DNA of 64,000 bases from the NCBI GenBank assembly GCA_018646625.1, contig JABGUJ010000001.1, forward strand, positions 69,534-133,533, written 5' to 3'. Positions 1 through 10,722 of the stretch are shown piece after piece (within the stretch, counting starts at the first letter, position 1; each line of letters opens with the position of its first letter). Source of the DNA: Candidatus Woesearchaeota archaeon (GTDB lineage Archaea; Nanobdellota; Nanobdellia; Woesearchaeales; JABGUJ01). The position numbers were made by a program, and so were the translations under genes. The notes beneath the pieces are model-generated. The model was not told where the DNA came from. It did no database searches and worked only from the letters and a program-made list of their open reading frames with translations.

Positions 1-2308
1 CGGGTTCAGATTCCGAAGGTGTTTGAACATGCACAGTTGAAGGTTTAGCTACCCAAGAACCGCCACCAACACTATCGGCACCATTATTCTCATCCTTATC
101 GCCATCTTTATTTCCACCAGAAGATCCGCCTAAAGTATATACCTCAAAAGAATCGCTATGTGAATATGTTAGTTCATTCTCAGCACTAACTGAAGCAACA
201 ACATCATAGTCACCTACAGAAGTTGGAGCATTAAATGAATGAGTAAATTCTCCATCAACAAGATCAACAACCTCATCATCTCCCGGCAAAGTTAATTGCA
301 CAGAATCTTCAGGAACATCAGAGCCATTATCATAGTACACAGTACCAGTTAAAGAAACCGAAGCGCCTTTAGTTACATCATCATCTGCAAAACTAAAATC
401 AATATCGTAATTATAAGTTACCTCAAACAGTTCATCTTCTACTGCAGAATTACCTAAAGTATCATCAGCAGATAGTTCTAACACATACTCTCCGAGTAAC
501 ACAGCACTAGATAAAGTTAAAGTTCCAGTATAAACATCACCAGAATCATGAACAAAATCAACTAAGTATGAAGTATTATCTGCATCATAAACAATGCCTT
601 CTACCGAATCAGAGTCAACACCACTGATATCTGTAATAGTAGCTTCAAAATCAACATCTCCATCTCTAGTAACTAAATCTAAAGCAGTAATCACAATAGT
701 AGGACCAGATAAATCAACAGCCATTAAGCTAAAATCATCAGAATCATCAGAGTTACCCACATCATCTTCACAACGCAAGAACCAAGTCCTATTACCTAAA
801 TCTAAAGTTTCACTAAATTCGCTTAGCACACCACTAGCAAGAGAAATCTCCTTGACAGAAACGCCATCCACAAACAATTCACAATCCAACACAGAATCAT
901 AATTATCTGTAACATTAACCACAAATTGCACATGATGATCAGTCTCAACACCATCAGCAGGAGATACTATCTCCAAACTAGGCGCAGTTAAATCAATCAC
1001 ATAAACATAAACGTGAGATAAAGAATTACCGGCAGCATCAGATGCTACAACACCAAAAGAAAATGTTCCTTCACCTAATGAAGAAGTATCTAAAGCAAAA
1101 ACACCTTCACCAAGAGTATTTACAATCAAAGAACTATTCCCTTCTAATACAATACTAACATTCCTCAACTCATAATTATCAGTTACATTAACATAAATAA
1201 AATCTCCTTGTGCCAATATAGAAGCATTCGCAGGACTCAACCCACTAACTTCAGGCGCGGTCAGATCTAAAGTAACAGTCCTCTGTTCAGTACTGTTAAC
1301 AAAACCCACACCATCTTCACAAGAGATGCTCCATTGATGTTCTCCTTCACTCAAACCAACAGTACTAAAATTAGCAGCCACATCATTCTCAAAGTAACCT
1401 GCTGAAACCGACACATCGTCGACCAAAAGTTCACAGTAAAGAGTATCCGCTAAATTATCATGAGGAGTAAATATGAAAAAATGTTGTGCACCAAGCAAAG
1501 CATCATCTTCAGGAGAATGCAATTCAACCCAAGGAGCTAAACCATCAATCGTTATTCTTCCAGTATAAGTAACAGTCTCTAAAGCATTGTTACTAACTTC
1601 ATATTCAAAACAAATCTCATCAGAATCTTCAAAAGAAGATAAATCAATAACCGTTGTACAAGATTCTCCGACACAATCTAAATCTTTTTGAGAAACATTA
1701 CTAGTATCACATAAATAATAATCAAAAGTTGCAGATTTTATTCCCGTCTCAGGGTCTGTAACATTTATTCTAACTAATTGATCAGAAGTGCCTTCTCTAA
1801 CATAATCTCCAGAAGCAGGATACACTTCAGATATAACAGGAGCAGTATCATCGTTAAACACAGTAAAATTTATTTCAATCTGTGTTAAATCGCCATCATT
1901 ATCTAAAAGCTTAGCAACCCATACCAATTCTTCATCAGAATCTACTAATGCCGCCGTTGCATTAAATCTAAAATACTGAACAGCATCATCAACACCGCCC
2001 AACACAGCAGCCCATCTAAGATCCTTAGGAGAACCTAGCGCATCATTAACAAAAGAAGTAACATAATTGTCTGGCTCAGTAAGAGACCCAGTCAAAACCG
2101 AATAACTAACAGGAGAACCTGGAACAACTAAAGTAATATCACCAATAGCGTCACTATCAGAATTACTAACTGCAAATACAAATCTAGAATTAACAGACTC
2201 ATAATATGAATTAGCACTCAAAGAAACTCCACCATCATTTAATGCAAATACAGACAATGAAAACACAACTACAAAAAAAGCTATCAGTACACCTCTTCTA
2301 CAATACAC
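1..2308 (-). CDS. Large acidic secreted/cell-surface protein with repeated Ig-like (Big-type) domains; 3' end lies outside the window
   Basis: Absent from the ORF track because there is no stop in the window. GTG at 2308 follows GAGGTG; signal peptide MYCRRGVLIAFFVVVFSLSVFA; recurring DxTAP motifs (DDTAPVISEVYP, DLTAPEVVGLSP, DLTAPSLEIVSP); Gly/Asp-rich linker near the window start. Confidence 0.75.
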   Translation of the reverse strand, partial: MYCRRGVLIAFFVVVFSLSVFALNDGGVSLSANSYYESVNSRFVFAVSNSDSDAIGDITLVVPGSPVSYSVLTGSLTEPDNYVTSFVNDALGSPKDLRWAAVLGGVDDAVQYFRFNATAALVDSDEELVWVAKLLDNDGDLTQIEINFTVFNDDTAPVISEVYPASGDYVREGTSDQLVRINVTDPETGIKSATFDYYLCDTSNVSQKDLDCVGESCTTVIDLSSFEDSDEICFEYEVSNNALETVTYTGRITIDGLAPWVELHSPEDDALLGAQHFFIFTPHDNLADTLYCELLVDDVSVSAGYFENDVAANFSTVGLSEGEHQWSISCEDGVGFVNSTEQRTVTLDLTAPEVSGLSPANASILAQGDFIYVNVTDNYELRNVSIVLEGNSSLIVNTLGEGVFALDTSSLGEGTFSFGVVASDAAGNSLSHVYVYVIDLTAPSLEIVSPADGVETDHHVQFVVNVTDNYDSVLDCELFVDGVSVKEISLASGVLSEFSETLDLGNRTWFLRCEDDVGNSDDSDDFSLMAVDLSGPTIVITALDLVTRDGDVDFEATITDISGVDSDSVEGIVYDADNTSYLVDFVHDSGDVYTGTLTLSSAVLLGEYVLELSADDTLGNSAVEDELFEVTYNYDIDFSFADDDVTKGASVSLTGTVYYDNGSDVPEDSVQLTLPGDDEVVDLVDGEFTHSFNAPTSVGDYDVVASVSAENELTYSHSDSFEVYTLGGSSGGNKDGDKDENNGADSVGGGSWVAKPSTVHVQTPSESEP

Positions 2309-2470
2309 AGTACACCTCTTCGTCCAAACCTATTTAAAGCACATAAATATGAAATAGGTATATAAATATTACGATTAAGTATACTAATTAACCAATCTAG
2401 CACCTCAACCAAGACTAAAAAAGAAAAATCAGTCCAAAAATATTTAAATTATGACACAAAGAACAAAGTC

Positions 2471-3100
2471 ATGACAAATATCAATCAAACGGTTTGGAGA
2501 CTTCTTGCACAAGATTTAAGCATACAAAAAAACCTAAAAAAGGGCCTAATCAACGTAAGAGGACTTGCAAAATACTTAATCGAAACATATAATCTACGAG
2601 CTTCGCTTGACGCAGTGATTAGCGCAATACGAAGATTCGAGAATTCAGAAACGTTCAAAGACGAAGAAGAATTATCAAAAAAAATATTCAAAGATTGTGT
2701 TTTCTTCACAAAAAATCACATGGCTTGCTTAACCATACGACTAGACTCTGAAATTGGAAAGTTAGAAGACGTATTCAGCAAAACCCGAAAAAACTTCAGA
2801 CTAATCAGAGCAAAAAAATATTCAAAGATAATTATTGATCAACCATACCTAGAACGATTAATAGAACTTTTCAAAAAAGAGGACATCATAGAAGTGCAAA
2901 GAGATCTCAGCGAGTTAAGAATTGTTCTTGAGAAAGAAAGCCCAGAAATGGTTGGCGTACTTTCAAAGATCACAAACGAGATTGCAATGCATAATGTGCC
3001 AATTGTAGAAATAATTTCTTGCTTACCTGATACTCTAGTATACGTAAGAGAGGACGATACTTTAAGAGCTCATCAAGCAATAATGGAATTAACAAAATAA
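2471..3100 (+). CDS. ACT-domain protein with N-terminal HTH-like region (archaeal family)
   Basis: GLINVRGLAKYL...AVISAIRR N-terminus; C-terminal ACT-like GVLSKITNEIAMHNVPIVEIISC. Confidence 0.7.
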   Translation: MTNINQTVWRLLAQDLSIQKNLKKGLINVRGLAKYLIETYNLRASLDAVISAIRRFENSETFKDEEELSKKIFKDCVFFTKNHMACLTIRLDSEIGKLEDVFSKTRKNFRLIRAKKYSKIIIDQPYLERLIELFKKEDIIEVQRDLSELRIVLEKESPEMVGVLSKITNEIAMHNVPIVEIISCLPDTLVYVREDDTLRAHQAIMELTK

Positions 3101-3105
3101 GAATT

Positions 3106-3234
3106 CTATCCAGCAACAAACTTGCCATCAAAAGAAGAATCTTCAGAAAAATCAGAATCTAAATCGTAAGGGCTAGAAAGCTGCTTCAATCCCATGCTCT
3201 TGATCGCAAGCGCCACAACCCTCGAATTTACCAT
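3106..3234 (-). CDS. Possible 42-aa small protein (MVNSRVVALAIKSMGLKQ...)
   Basis: ATG at 3234 to TAG at 3106, TATA-like element about 30 nt upstream, fills an intergenic gap. Confidence 0.3.
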   Translation of the reverse strand: MVNSRVVALAIKSMGLKQLSSPYDLDSDFSEDSSFDGKFVAG

Positions 3235-3307
3235 CTCAACCGTAAAATATAATAGATAACTAATATATAAGTCTAACTAAAATAGGAAAAAAGAGAGAAA
3301 AAGAAAA

Positions 3308-4246
3308 CTAACGTGCTTGAGTTCTCATAGCGTCAAACACTTCCCTATGTCTGGGAGACATTCCCGAGTCATACATCAAAGAAACTGTAAATTGAGTATC
3401 AGAACCATTTGATTGACAAATAGCTCTAACACCATCAAGGTCTCCACCTTTCTTACCTCTATCCTCAACTCTAACTACACCAAAAGTCTCAACGGCCTCA
3501 CGTGCAACAGTGCTATACGGCACATCCGTTCTTTCAGCAAGAAATCTTTCAAAAACATCAAGAGATAATCTCGCCTGATCTCCCAAACAATCTGTAACTG
3601 ACATCAAATCAATACCAGGTTTAGAACCAATTTTGTTATACAAACCATCATCAGGATCAGCTAAATAATCCATCGCCTTAGTTAAATCATCCGAGGTTAA
3701 TATATGTGGCAAAATACCATAAGCAAAAGGTGGTAACAAAGCATAACCGAATCCAGCATCATCAGGAGATGCTTGAACCCACCAACCATCAGTGTCGGTC
3801 ATTACTAATCCACGCACTCTTCTAACAAAATCTCTCTTCGCATCTAAACCTTCAACAAGATTCACTGCACCAACAACCTTCTCAAAAAGAACATCATAAG
3901 TAACATCAACAGTTTGCGCATCATCACCTTCACCACAAACTAACTTTGCATCATCTAATTCATATTGAATAATCATAGTAGCCGCCAAACCAATAAGGTC
4001 GTTAGCTAAATTCTTCAAGCCATCTTTATGAGCTTCTATTCTAGATCCAGGTAAATCAGAAACAGACGTTTCTAAAGCACCATAAATCGCAGTAACATAT
4101 GGCTCAGCATTAAGATCTCTTAATTCTAAATTTTCAACAAACGCAGGATTTCTTGAAACCCCTGGTCTGTGTTCATCACGAACCTTTTCACCAGTTCTTA
4201 CAATTATGTCCAAAGTTTTTCGTACATCTTCAGTATCAACTCTCAT
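3308..4246 (-). CDS. Hypothetical protein
   Basis: 312-aa ORF with GGGAGTG RBS and TTTATAAA promoter; no recognised motif. Confidence 0.65.
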   Translation of the reverse strand: MRVDTEDVRKTLDIIVRTGEKVRDEHRPGVSRNPAFVENLELRDLNAEPYVTAIYGALETSVSDLPGSRIEAHKDGLKNLANDLIGLAATMIIQYELDDAKLVCGEGDDAQTVDVTYDVLFEKVVGAVNLVEGLDAKRDFVRRVRGLVMTDTDGWWVQASPDDAGFGYALLPPFAYGILPHILTSDDLTKAMDYLADPDDGLYNKIGSKPGIDLMSVTDCLGDQARLSLDVFERFLAERTDVPYSTVAREAVETFGVVRVEDRGKKGGDLDGVRAICQSNGSDTQFTVSLMYDSGMSPRHREVFDAMRTQAR

Positions 4247-4326
4247 ATAATATCACTCCCCAATAGTCAATTCATAACGATGTTAATAGCTTATTTATAA
4301 AGCTTACGAAGTCTCAGAACTCTAAT

Positions 4327-5184
4327 TTAAAGCCAGACAAGAACTAAACCAAGAATAATCATAGCAACACCAATTGCTTGATTAGTCTCCATTTTTTCCT
4401 TCAAAACAAACCTACCCAGAATAACACTAAACAAAGCAGACGCCGACACAACAGGAATAACCACAGAAAACAAACCATAATGCAAAGCAAAGTAAAATGC
4501 AATCGCACCTACTGCAAACAACAAACCAGCATAGATGATATCGTATGTCTTAATTTCTTTAACTTTACTAATACTTTCTCCAAACAAGAAAAACAATAAT
4601 GCTATTACGACAAAAATTAAAATCTCCATATACAAATTAGCATAAAATGGACCAATATCCTTAACCGCAAAGTTTGTCATCATGTTCCACACAGCCCAAC
4701 CAATTGCAACAACAAGTGACAAAAAAGCGCCTTCAACAAAAAACTTTTCCTTTCGCCTTAGTTTAGAAAATCTAGTAGCAGAAAGCAAACCACCAACAAT
4801 AACCACGCCCACTGCAAAATATTGAAATATCGAAAGAGTTTCATTAAACAGATAATACCCTAACAACACAGACACAATAGCATGAGAATGCGCTAAAGGA
4901 ATATTCACAGAAATATTACCAATATGAATTGTTTTGTAATATAGTACCAAAGTGAGTGCTCCAACAATACCCCCAACAATTATATAGATTAAGCTCTGGG
5001 CTCCTGGTAACACAATCTTACTATTAAACATAAAGAACAGAAACAAGAAAAATACAAGTACTATATGAACTGCAAAAGTGGTCAACAACACACCAACTCG
5101 ATGAATAACCTTTTTCGTAAAGAAAGGATAAACACCATAACCAAAAGCACAAAGAAGTGCCAACCCAATGCTAAAAAGCTCCAT
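4327..5184 (-). CDS. EamA/DMT family transporter
   Basis: About 10 TM helices in two EamA repeats (LFNETLS, VLKEKME). Confidence 0.85.
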   Translation of the reverse strand: MELFSIGLALLCAFGYGVYPFFTKKVIHRVGVLLTTFAVHIVLVFFLFLFFMFNSKIVLPGAQSLIYIIVGGIVGALTLVLYYKTIHIGNISVNIPLAHSHAIVSVLLGYYLFNETLSIFQYFAVGVVIVGGLLSATRFSKLRRKEKFFVEGAFLSLVVAIGWAVWNMMTNFAVKDIGPFYANLYMEILIFVVIALLFFLFGESISKVKEIKTYDIIYAGLLFAVGAIAFYFALHYGLFSVVIPVVSASALFSVILGRFVLKEKMETNQAIGVAMIILGLVLVWL

Positions 5185-5196
5185 ATTACCTCTTTT

Positions 5197-5826
5197 TTAC
5201 GACAAGTATGGCAGTATTTCTCTTAAATCTTTCTTTTTTATTTCAACATCGCACACAGATCGTAATTCATCAGAACCAGAATTAAAGGCAATTGAAAAAC
5301 CAACCAATTTAGCTTTCTCAACATCATTATCATTATCTCCTACAGAAACAACCTCAGAAAGCAACACATTCTCTTTATCACATACTTCTTTGAGAAACTT
5401 AGCTTTACTTCCAAATCCAATCGGCCAATCAAATTCACCTGTGATAATCCCATTAGAAACCATTAAATTATTACTAAAAACATAGTCCACTCCCAACTCA
5501 TCTCTTGCCCGCTCAACCAAATGTTTAGGACCTGAAGAAATAATCACAGTCTTGATACCGCGTTTCTTCAATTCAGAAAAAGTGTCCTTAACACCAAAAA
5601 TATACTCAGTACTTGCCACTAAATCAAAATAAGGATCTGCGTTCTTGCCTTTCCACAATCTACCCACAACTTCCTTAACTAACTTAGCATAATCTGTTTT
5701 CAAATATTTCTCAGTCAACTCTTTTCCTTCCTCATACGTCCCTAAAGCTTTATGCAACCTAAGCCAGAAATTATTACCTTCAAACAACACACCATCCATA
5801 TCAAAACAAACTAGTTTATACGTCAA
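5197..5826 (-). CDS. HAD-superfamily phosphatase (SerB-like)
   Basis: FDMDGVL, ISSG, K and GDNDND motifs. Confidence 0.85.
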   Translation of the reverse strand: MTYKLVCFDMDGVLFEGNNFWLRLHKALGTYEEGKELTEKYLKTDYAKLVKEVVGRLWKGKNADPYFDLVASTEYIFGVKDTFSELKKRGIKTVIISSGPKHLVERARDELGVDYVFSNNLMVSNGIITGEFDWPIGFGSKAKFLKEVCDKENVLLSEVVSVGDNDNDVEKAKLVGFSIAFNSGSDELRSVCDVEIKKKDLREILPYLS

Positions 5827-6311
5827 CCCAGCATCAACTCATCAACAGAAATATATTCAATATCTAATTCCTCATCAATTTCTTTAGGAATTTTAGAAGA
5901 TATAAATTCATCAACTACAAAGATTTTTTTTACTTTGAACCATTTAGTAAAACACAACTCCGCCATAGAGCCACAACCTAAACCCATCACAACCAAAACA
6001 TCGCTAACATCTAACATAGCTTCAATTTGATTTCTCCAAGTTCCACAATCTAACACTTCAGTACAAACAGAAGAATTTAAAAAATCAATTCCAAACTCAG
6101 TATCGTTCTTAGGAACCACCCCAATCACCTTACCAGTATGCTTACAAGCAACATACTCAGACAAGGATCCTTTGTGTGGAACAATCACAATCTCCTTACC
6201 AGATAAAGCACTAATCACTTTATCAACATTAGAATAAAATTCAGATTCAGATATACCTAGAACCTCTACTCGTTTGCCAACATTAACCGGAGCAGAAATT
6301 GCGATCTTCAT
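5823..6311 (-). CDS. SLOG/LOG-like Rossmann nucleotide-binding protein
   Basis: VIGVVP, WRN, SDVLVVMGLGCGSMAEL resemble LOG/SLOG motifs; start placed at MKIAIS. Confidence 0.5.
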   Translation of the reverse strand: MKIAISAPVNVGKRVEVLGISESEFYSNVDKVISALSGKEIVIVPHKGSLSEYVACKHTGKVIGVVPKNDTEFGIDFLNSSVCTEVLDCGTWRNQIEAMLDVSDVLVVMGLGCGSMAELCFTKWFKVKKIFVVDEFISSKIPKEIDEELDIEYISVDELMLG

Positions 6312-6346
6312 AACAATAAACATAACCTAGAACTTTAAAAAATTAA

Positions 6347-7495
6347 CTAATATCCATAATGTCCGTTTATAACCCTAACAGTCGGACCTTGGGTAACATG
6401 CAATTCCCTACTTTTGTTGAACTCTCCATCCAACTGCCAAACAGTCGGCTTAGGAAAAACAATACGAGTATCTTGCGTAAGACGGTTATCCAAAACATCG
6501 GGAGGAAAAGAAGCATCACTAAAAGGTTGCATAATCTCCTTACCTGCACGAATTCTAGGAATATTTGGCACCAAACTCGCAGGATTAAAATCCGCACCTG
6601 CAACACAAACATGAAATCCGCCACCTTGACCTGCATGATAAAGCGCATGAAAACCTAGACCCACATCACTAAACGCACCACACAAAACTCCAAGATAATC
6701 CTTCTCAACCGCCGGCTCACCATCTACACTAACAGAAGCACGAGTAGAGCTACGCAAAAACTTCAAGAACTTACCAGCTCGCCCAAAAGTCGCAGCATAA
6801 AGAATACTTGAACCAACTCCCCTCAAAACAAACAAAGCACCATACAAAGGAGAAGACTTCCCACTTTTCATCCATTCATCCGATGTAGGAATGCCGGCCT
6901 TACTATAATATGAAGCTAACAAATTAACAGGAAAACCAAAACCAACCAATCCACCATAACGCAACTTATCTCCATCATCAACACACAACAAATCTAAGTT
7001 AAAAGTTGAAACAGGCTTGGCACCACTAGCAACCTCACATAAAGCATCAAGGTTTGCAAAAGGATCCCTGCCCTTAATGCCACAATTTTTCTTAGTAGTA
7101 GTCATAGTACCACCACCTAAGAAAGTCACATAAGGAGTTTCATCTCCCCAAACATTAACAATCTCCGTATTTGTTAAAGTACTAACCCCATCTCCACCAA
7201 GCAGTGCAATGACTAAATCATCAACAGAACTAACATCATCACGTAAAACAGTTAATGCGCCGTTCAACTGATCAGTAGAACCAACTACAGATAAATTTGG
7301 ATTCTCATCCTCTAACATTCTTAAGACCTGAGAACACTCACCATTATCCCTCATCTTCACAGGATCATAGTGCAGAATAATTCCACCGCCAAGCTCTCCA
7401 ACTTGTTGAGCCAAAGACTCAACCCTCATCAAATTACCAAGTAGTTCTTTAACTAATCCATTCGAATGCAAACTTCCAACAACATACGGCCTCAT
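6347..7495 (-). CDS. Diacylglycerol/lipid kinase family protein (divergent)
   Basis: GGDG, GGGT and WQLDGE motifs of the DAGK family. Confidence 0.7.
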   Translation of the reverse strand: MRPYVVGSLHSNGLVKELLGNLMRVESLAQQVGELGGGIILHYDPVKMRDNGECSQVLRMLEDENPNLSVVGSTDQLNGALTVLRDDVSSVDDLVIALLGGDGVSTLTNTEIVNVWGDETPYVTFLGGGTMTTTKKNCGIKGRDPFANLDALCEVASGAKPVSTFNLDLLCVDDGDKLRYGGLVGFGFPVNLLASYYSKAGIPTSDEWMKSGKSSPLYGALFVLRGVGSSILYAATFGRAGKFLKFLRSSTRASVSVDGEPAVEKDYLGVLCGAFSDVGLGFHALYHAGQGGGFHVCVAGADFNPASLVPNIPRIRAGKEIMQPFSDASFPPDVLDNRLTQDTRIVFPKPTVWQLDGEFNKSRELHVTQGPTVRVINGHYGY

Positions 7496-7578
7496 ACCTC
7501 AACCAGAAAAAAAGCACATTATAAAGCTTTCGCAAGTATACATTTAGAAGTAGTTAAAAAGAAGAAAAAAGTAAAGGC

Positions 7579-9327
7579 TCAATCGCCTTTAAAGGTAGAA
7601 GCAATATGTAATTCCTTAAGTTGATCATCACCAACATCAGCAGGACTACCATCCATAGGACAATGCGCATTCTTGTTTTTAGGAAAAGCAATTACTTCTC
7701 TTATGTCTGTTAATCCACAAGCTAATGCTACAACCCTATCGAAGCCAATACCCATTCCACCGTGAGGAGGAGCGCCGTATCTAAATGCTTCCAACAAGAA
7801 TCCAAATTTGTTTTCCGCTTCATCCTCAGTTAGTCCAATAGTTTTCATTATTTTCTTCTGAAGATCAGGATCAGTAATTCTTAAAGAACCAGAAGCTAGT
7901 TCAACACCGTTAAGAACCATATCGTACTGAGTACAAAGAACCTTACCAGGATCTGAATCTAGCAACTCAATGCATTCTTCTTTAGGTTGACAAAACAAAT
8001 GATGACATGCATCCCACTTGTCAGAATCTTCATTCCATTCAAACAATGGAAAATCAGTAATCCAACAAAACTTAAACGTTTTTGGATCATACAAATTTAA
8101 TTCTGCACCCAGATGATTTCGCAATCTAGACAATGCATCATTAACAACAGTCCATTTATCAGCAACGAAAAACAAAGTACTTCCATTCTTAGCACCAGTT
8201 TTTTCAACAATTGCTTTTTTCTCATCATCAGATAAGAACTTTGCAAAACCGCCATCAAGACTACCTTCAACAACTTTCAAAGCAGCCAAACCTTTTGCAC
8301 CATGCCTTTTAGCAATAGCTTCTAAAGCTTCAACTTCCTTTCTCGAAAATTCTTTTTCAGGATTTATGCATTTAACAATTCCGTTTCCTGCAACAATCTT
8401 CTTAAACAAATCAAATCCACTCTCTTTAAACACATCAGACAAGTCATAAAGAAACAAGTCAAATCTAATATCAGGTTTATCAATACCATATTTACCCATT
8501 GATTCATAGTATGGAATTTTTAAGAACGGAGTTTCTAATTCATAATTCAAAGTTTCTTTAAAGATGCTTTTCATGATCCCCTCTCCAGTCTCAAACAAAT
8601 CATCTAAAGACGGAAAAGTCATTTCCAAATCTATTTGAGTATGCTCGGGCTGACGATCTGCTCTCAAGTCTTCATCCCTACAACAAATTGGAAATTGAAA
8701 ATACCTATCAAAACCACTAACCATCAATATTTGTTTATACAGTTGCGGTGATTGAGGTAAAGCATAAAACTTACTTGGATTAACTCTAGATGGAACAATA
8801 TAATCTCTCGCACCTTCAGGAGTTGCTCTAACCAAAACTGGCGTTTGTATTTCTAAAAATTGTTTAGAATTCAAAAACTGTCTTGCAGCAAACATTGCTT
8901 TACTTCTCAACGCAATTCTGCTTTGCATAATCGGCCTTCTCAAATCTAAAAATCTATACTTTAATCTAGTATCATCTGTTGCATTAGTTTCATCTTCAAC
9001 GGCCATTGGCAAAATTGCAGATTTATTAATAACAGCAAACTTAGAAACTTTAACTTCAATTGTACCTGTAGCTAAAACCGCATTAGGTTTATCTTTTTTT
9101 TCTACAACCCCACGCACTTCAACAACATCTTCTTTTCTTAAATCATTAGCAACATCAAAATCAGAATTATCAGGATTTACTATAACTTGAGTTACACCAT
9201 AGCGATCACGAATATCCACAAAAACTAATCCACCCAAATTTCTAGTATTATTTACCCAGCCCTGCAGACAAACTTCTTTGCCACAGTCATCTTCTCTTAA
9301 TTCCCCGCATGTATGTGTTCGTTTCAT
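7579..9327 (-). CDS. aspS: Aspartate--tRNA ligase, bacterial type with GAD insertion
   Basis: RTHTCGELR, LPQSPQLYKQ, RDEDLRADRQPE, GAPPHGGMGIGFDR; about 582 aa; start placed at ATG 9327. Confidence 0.95.
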   Translation of the reverse strand: MKRTHTCGELREDDCGKEVCLQGWVNNTRNLGGLVFVDIRDRYGVTQVIVNPDNSDFDVANDLRKEDVVEVRGVVEKKDKPNAVLATGTIEVKVSKFAVINKSAILPMAVEDETNATDDTRLKYRFLDLRRPIMQSRIALRSKAMFAARQFLNSKQFLEIQTPVLVRATPEGARDYIVPSRVNPSKFYALPQSPQLYKQILMVSGFDRYFQFPICCRDEDLRADRQPEHTQIDLEMTFPSLDDLFETGEGIMKSIFKETLNYELETPFLKIPYYESMGKYGIDKPDIRFDLFLYDLSDVFKESGFDLFKKIVAGNGIVKCINPEKEFSRKEVEALEAIAKRHGAKGLAALKVVEGSLDGGFAKFLSDDEKKAIVEKTGAKNGSTLFFVADKWTVVNDALSRLRNHLGAELNLYDPKTFKFCWITDFPLFEWNEDSDKWDACHHLFCQPKEECIELLDSDPGKVLCTQYDMVLNGVELASGSLRITDPDLQKKIMKTIGLTEDEAENKFGFLLEAFRYGAPPHGGMGIGFDRVVALACGLTDIREVIAFPKNKNAHCPMDGSPADVGDDQLKELHIASTFKGD

Positions 9328-9426
9328 AGTGAAGGCCGCTGAAGCTACCAAATTTATAAACCTTTTGAGATCCAGATCGGAGAAACCACTAAGTTATATA
9401 AATAGAAAAAAAGATACCCAACCACC

Positions 9427-10545
9427 ATGTTTAAGATAACCTCAGAAGACAACGAAACAGGTGCCAGAACAGGCCAATTACATACAGCTCACGGCATAGC
9501 TCAAACTCCATTTTTAATGCCAGTAGCTACGAAGATGACTGTGAAGTATCTGACTCAAACTGAACTTCTAAACATGGGTGTCGAATCAATAATTTCAAAC
9601 TCTATGATCCTAACCATGGCCCCAGGTGTTGAACACATCAAAGAAATGGGAGGCATACATAAATTCATGAACTTTAACAAATGTATATTCACAGATAGTG
9701 GGGGCTTTCAAATGCAAAGTCCAAAATTATTTTTATCAATAAGCGACAGAGGTGTTCACTTCAGAGATCCTTTCTCCGGAAAGAAAACATTTCTAACACC
9801 AGAAGCAGTCATGAAAAACGAAATAGAAATTGGAGCAGATGTTGCAATGTGTTTAGATCAAATGCCACACACCACTCAAGGTCAAGAAGACTGGATTCAA
9901 GCAACAAAAAGAACTCACGCATGGGCAGAAAGATGCAAAAGCGCGCATCGACTTCTCGAATACAACTACGGAGAAAAACAAATGCTTTTCGGCATTGCTC
10001 AAGGAGGATTAGATAAAAAATTAAGAATAAAATCCGCAGAGTTCATAGAAAAATTAAACTTTGATGGCGTCGCCATGGGAGGATTATGTTTAGGAGAATC
10101 AAAAGAAGCAATGTTCAAAGCCGTTGATTATCAAGTCCCAGTTTTTAATAAAGAAAAAGCAAGATACTTAATGGGTGTCGGAAGCCCAGAAGATATTTTA
10201 GAAGCAGTATCAAAAGGCGTAGATTGTTTTGATTCTATTTATCCAACACAAAACGCAAGACACTGTAATATTTTAACATCAAAAGGAACAATAAAAATTG
10301 ATAGAGGAAAATATGCAAAAGATACTAAACCTCTAGACGAAAATTGTGATTGTGAAGTTTGCAAAACATATTCAAGAGCATACTTGTATCATTTAATTAG
10401 AATGAAAGAAAAAAGCGTATTAAGACATCTTAGTTACCATAATGTCTACTTCACCCAGAAACTTTTACAAAAAATAAGAGTGGCAATTAAAGAAAATAGA
10501 TTCAAAGAGTACAAAGACGAATTCTTGTCTAGTCAGACACCATAA
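9427..10545 (+). CDS. tgt: tRNA-guanine transglycosylase, bacterial-type (Q34) architecture
   Basis: TDSGGFQ, GIAQGG, RYLMGVG, GVDCFD, CDCEVC zinc site; 372 aa, no PUA extension. Confidence 0.9.
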   Translation: MFKITSEDNETGARTGQLHTAHGIAQTPFLMPVATKMTVKYLTQTELLNMGVESIISNSMILTMAPGVEHIKEMGGIHKFMNFNKCIFTDSGGFQMQSPKLFLSISDRGVHFRDPFSGKKTFLTPEAVMKNEIEIGADVAMCLDQMPHTTQGQEDWIQATKRTHAWAERCKSAHRLLEYNYGEKQMLFGIAQGGLDKKLRIKSAEFIEKLNFDGVAMGGLCLGESKEAMFKAVDYQVPVFNKEKARYLMGVGSPEDILEAVSKGVDCFDSIYPTQNARHCNILTSKGTIKIDRGKYAKDTKPLDENCDCEVCKTYSRAYLYHLIRMKEKSVLRHLSYHNVYFTQKLLQKIRVAIKENRFKEYKDEFLSSQTP

Positions 10546-10722
10546 CACCAAAATGACCTGAGAGTACAGAATAAACGACTCTCGGAAAGTTGAATGAGAT
10601 AAAACACCACTCGCAAATAACAACAAAACAGAAAGCTTTATAAATGAAAAACTATTTTCCTGTACTCCAGAGCGTCTAGGAAGTCCTAGACACAACAACA
10701 GCAAAGGGGGGCACTTTGGTAA

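Noticed and set aside
594..902. Short ORFs antisense to or nested in long genes (also 20310..20759, 22099..22533, 24731..25144, 28734..29156, 36512..36976, 62717..63004)
   Set aside because: Shadow ORFs of well-supported genes, with no motifs or RBS
10546..10722. Small hairpins after tgt as a preQ1 riboswitch
   Set aside because: They lie downstream of tgt and lack the preQ1 consensus
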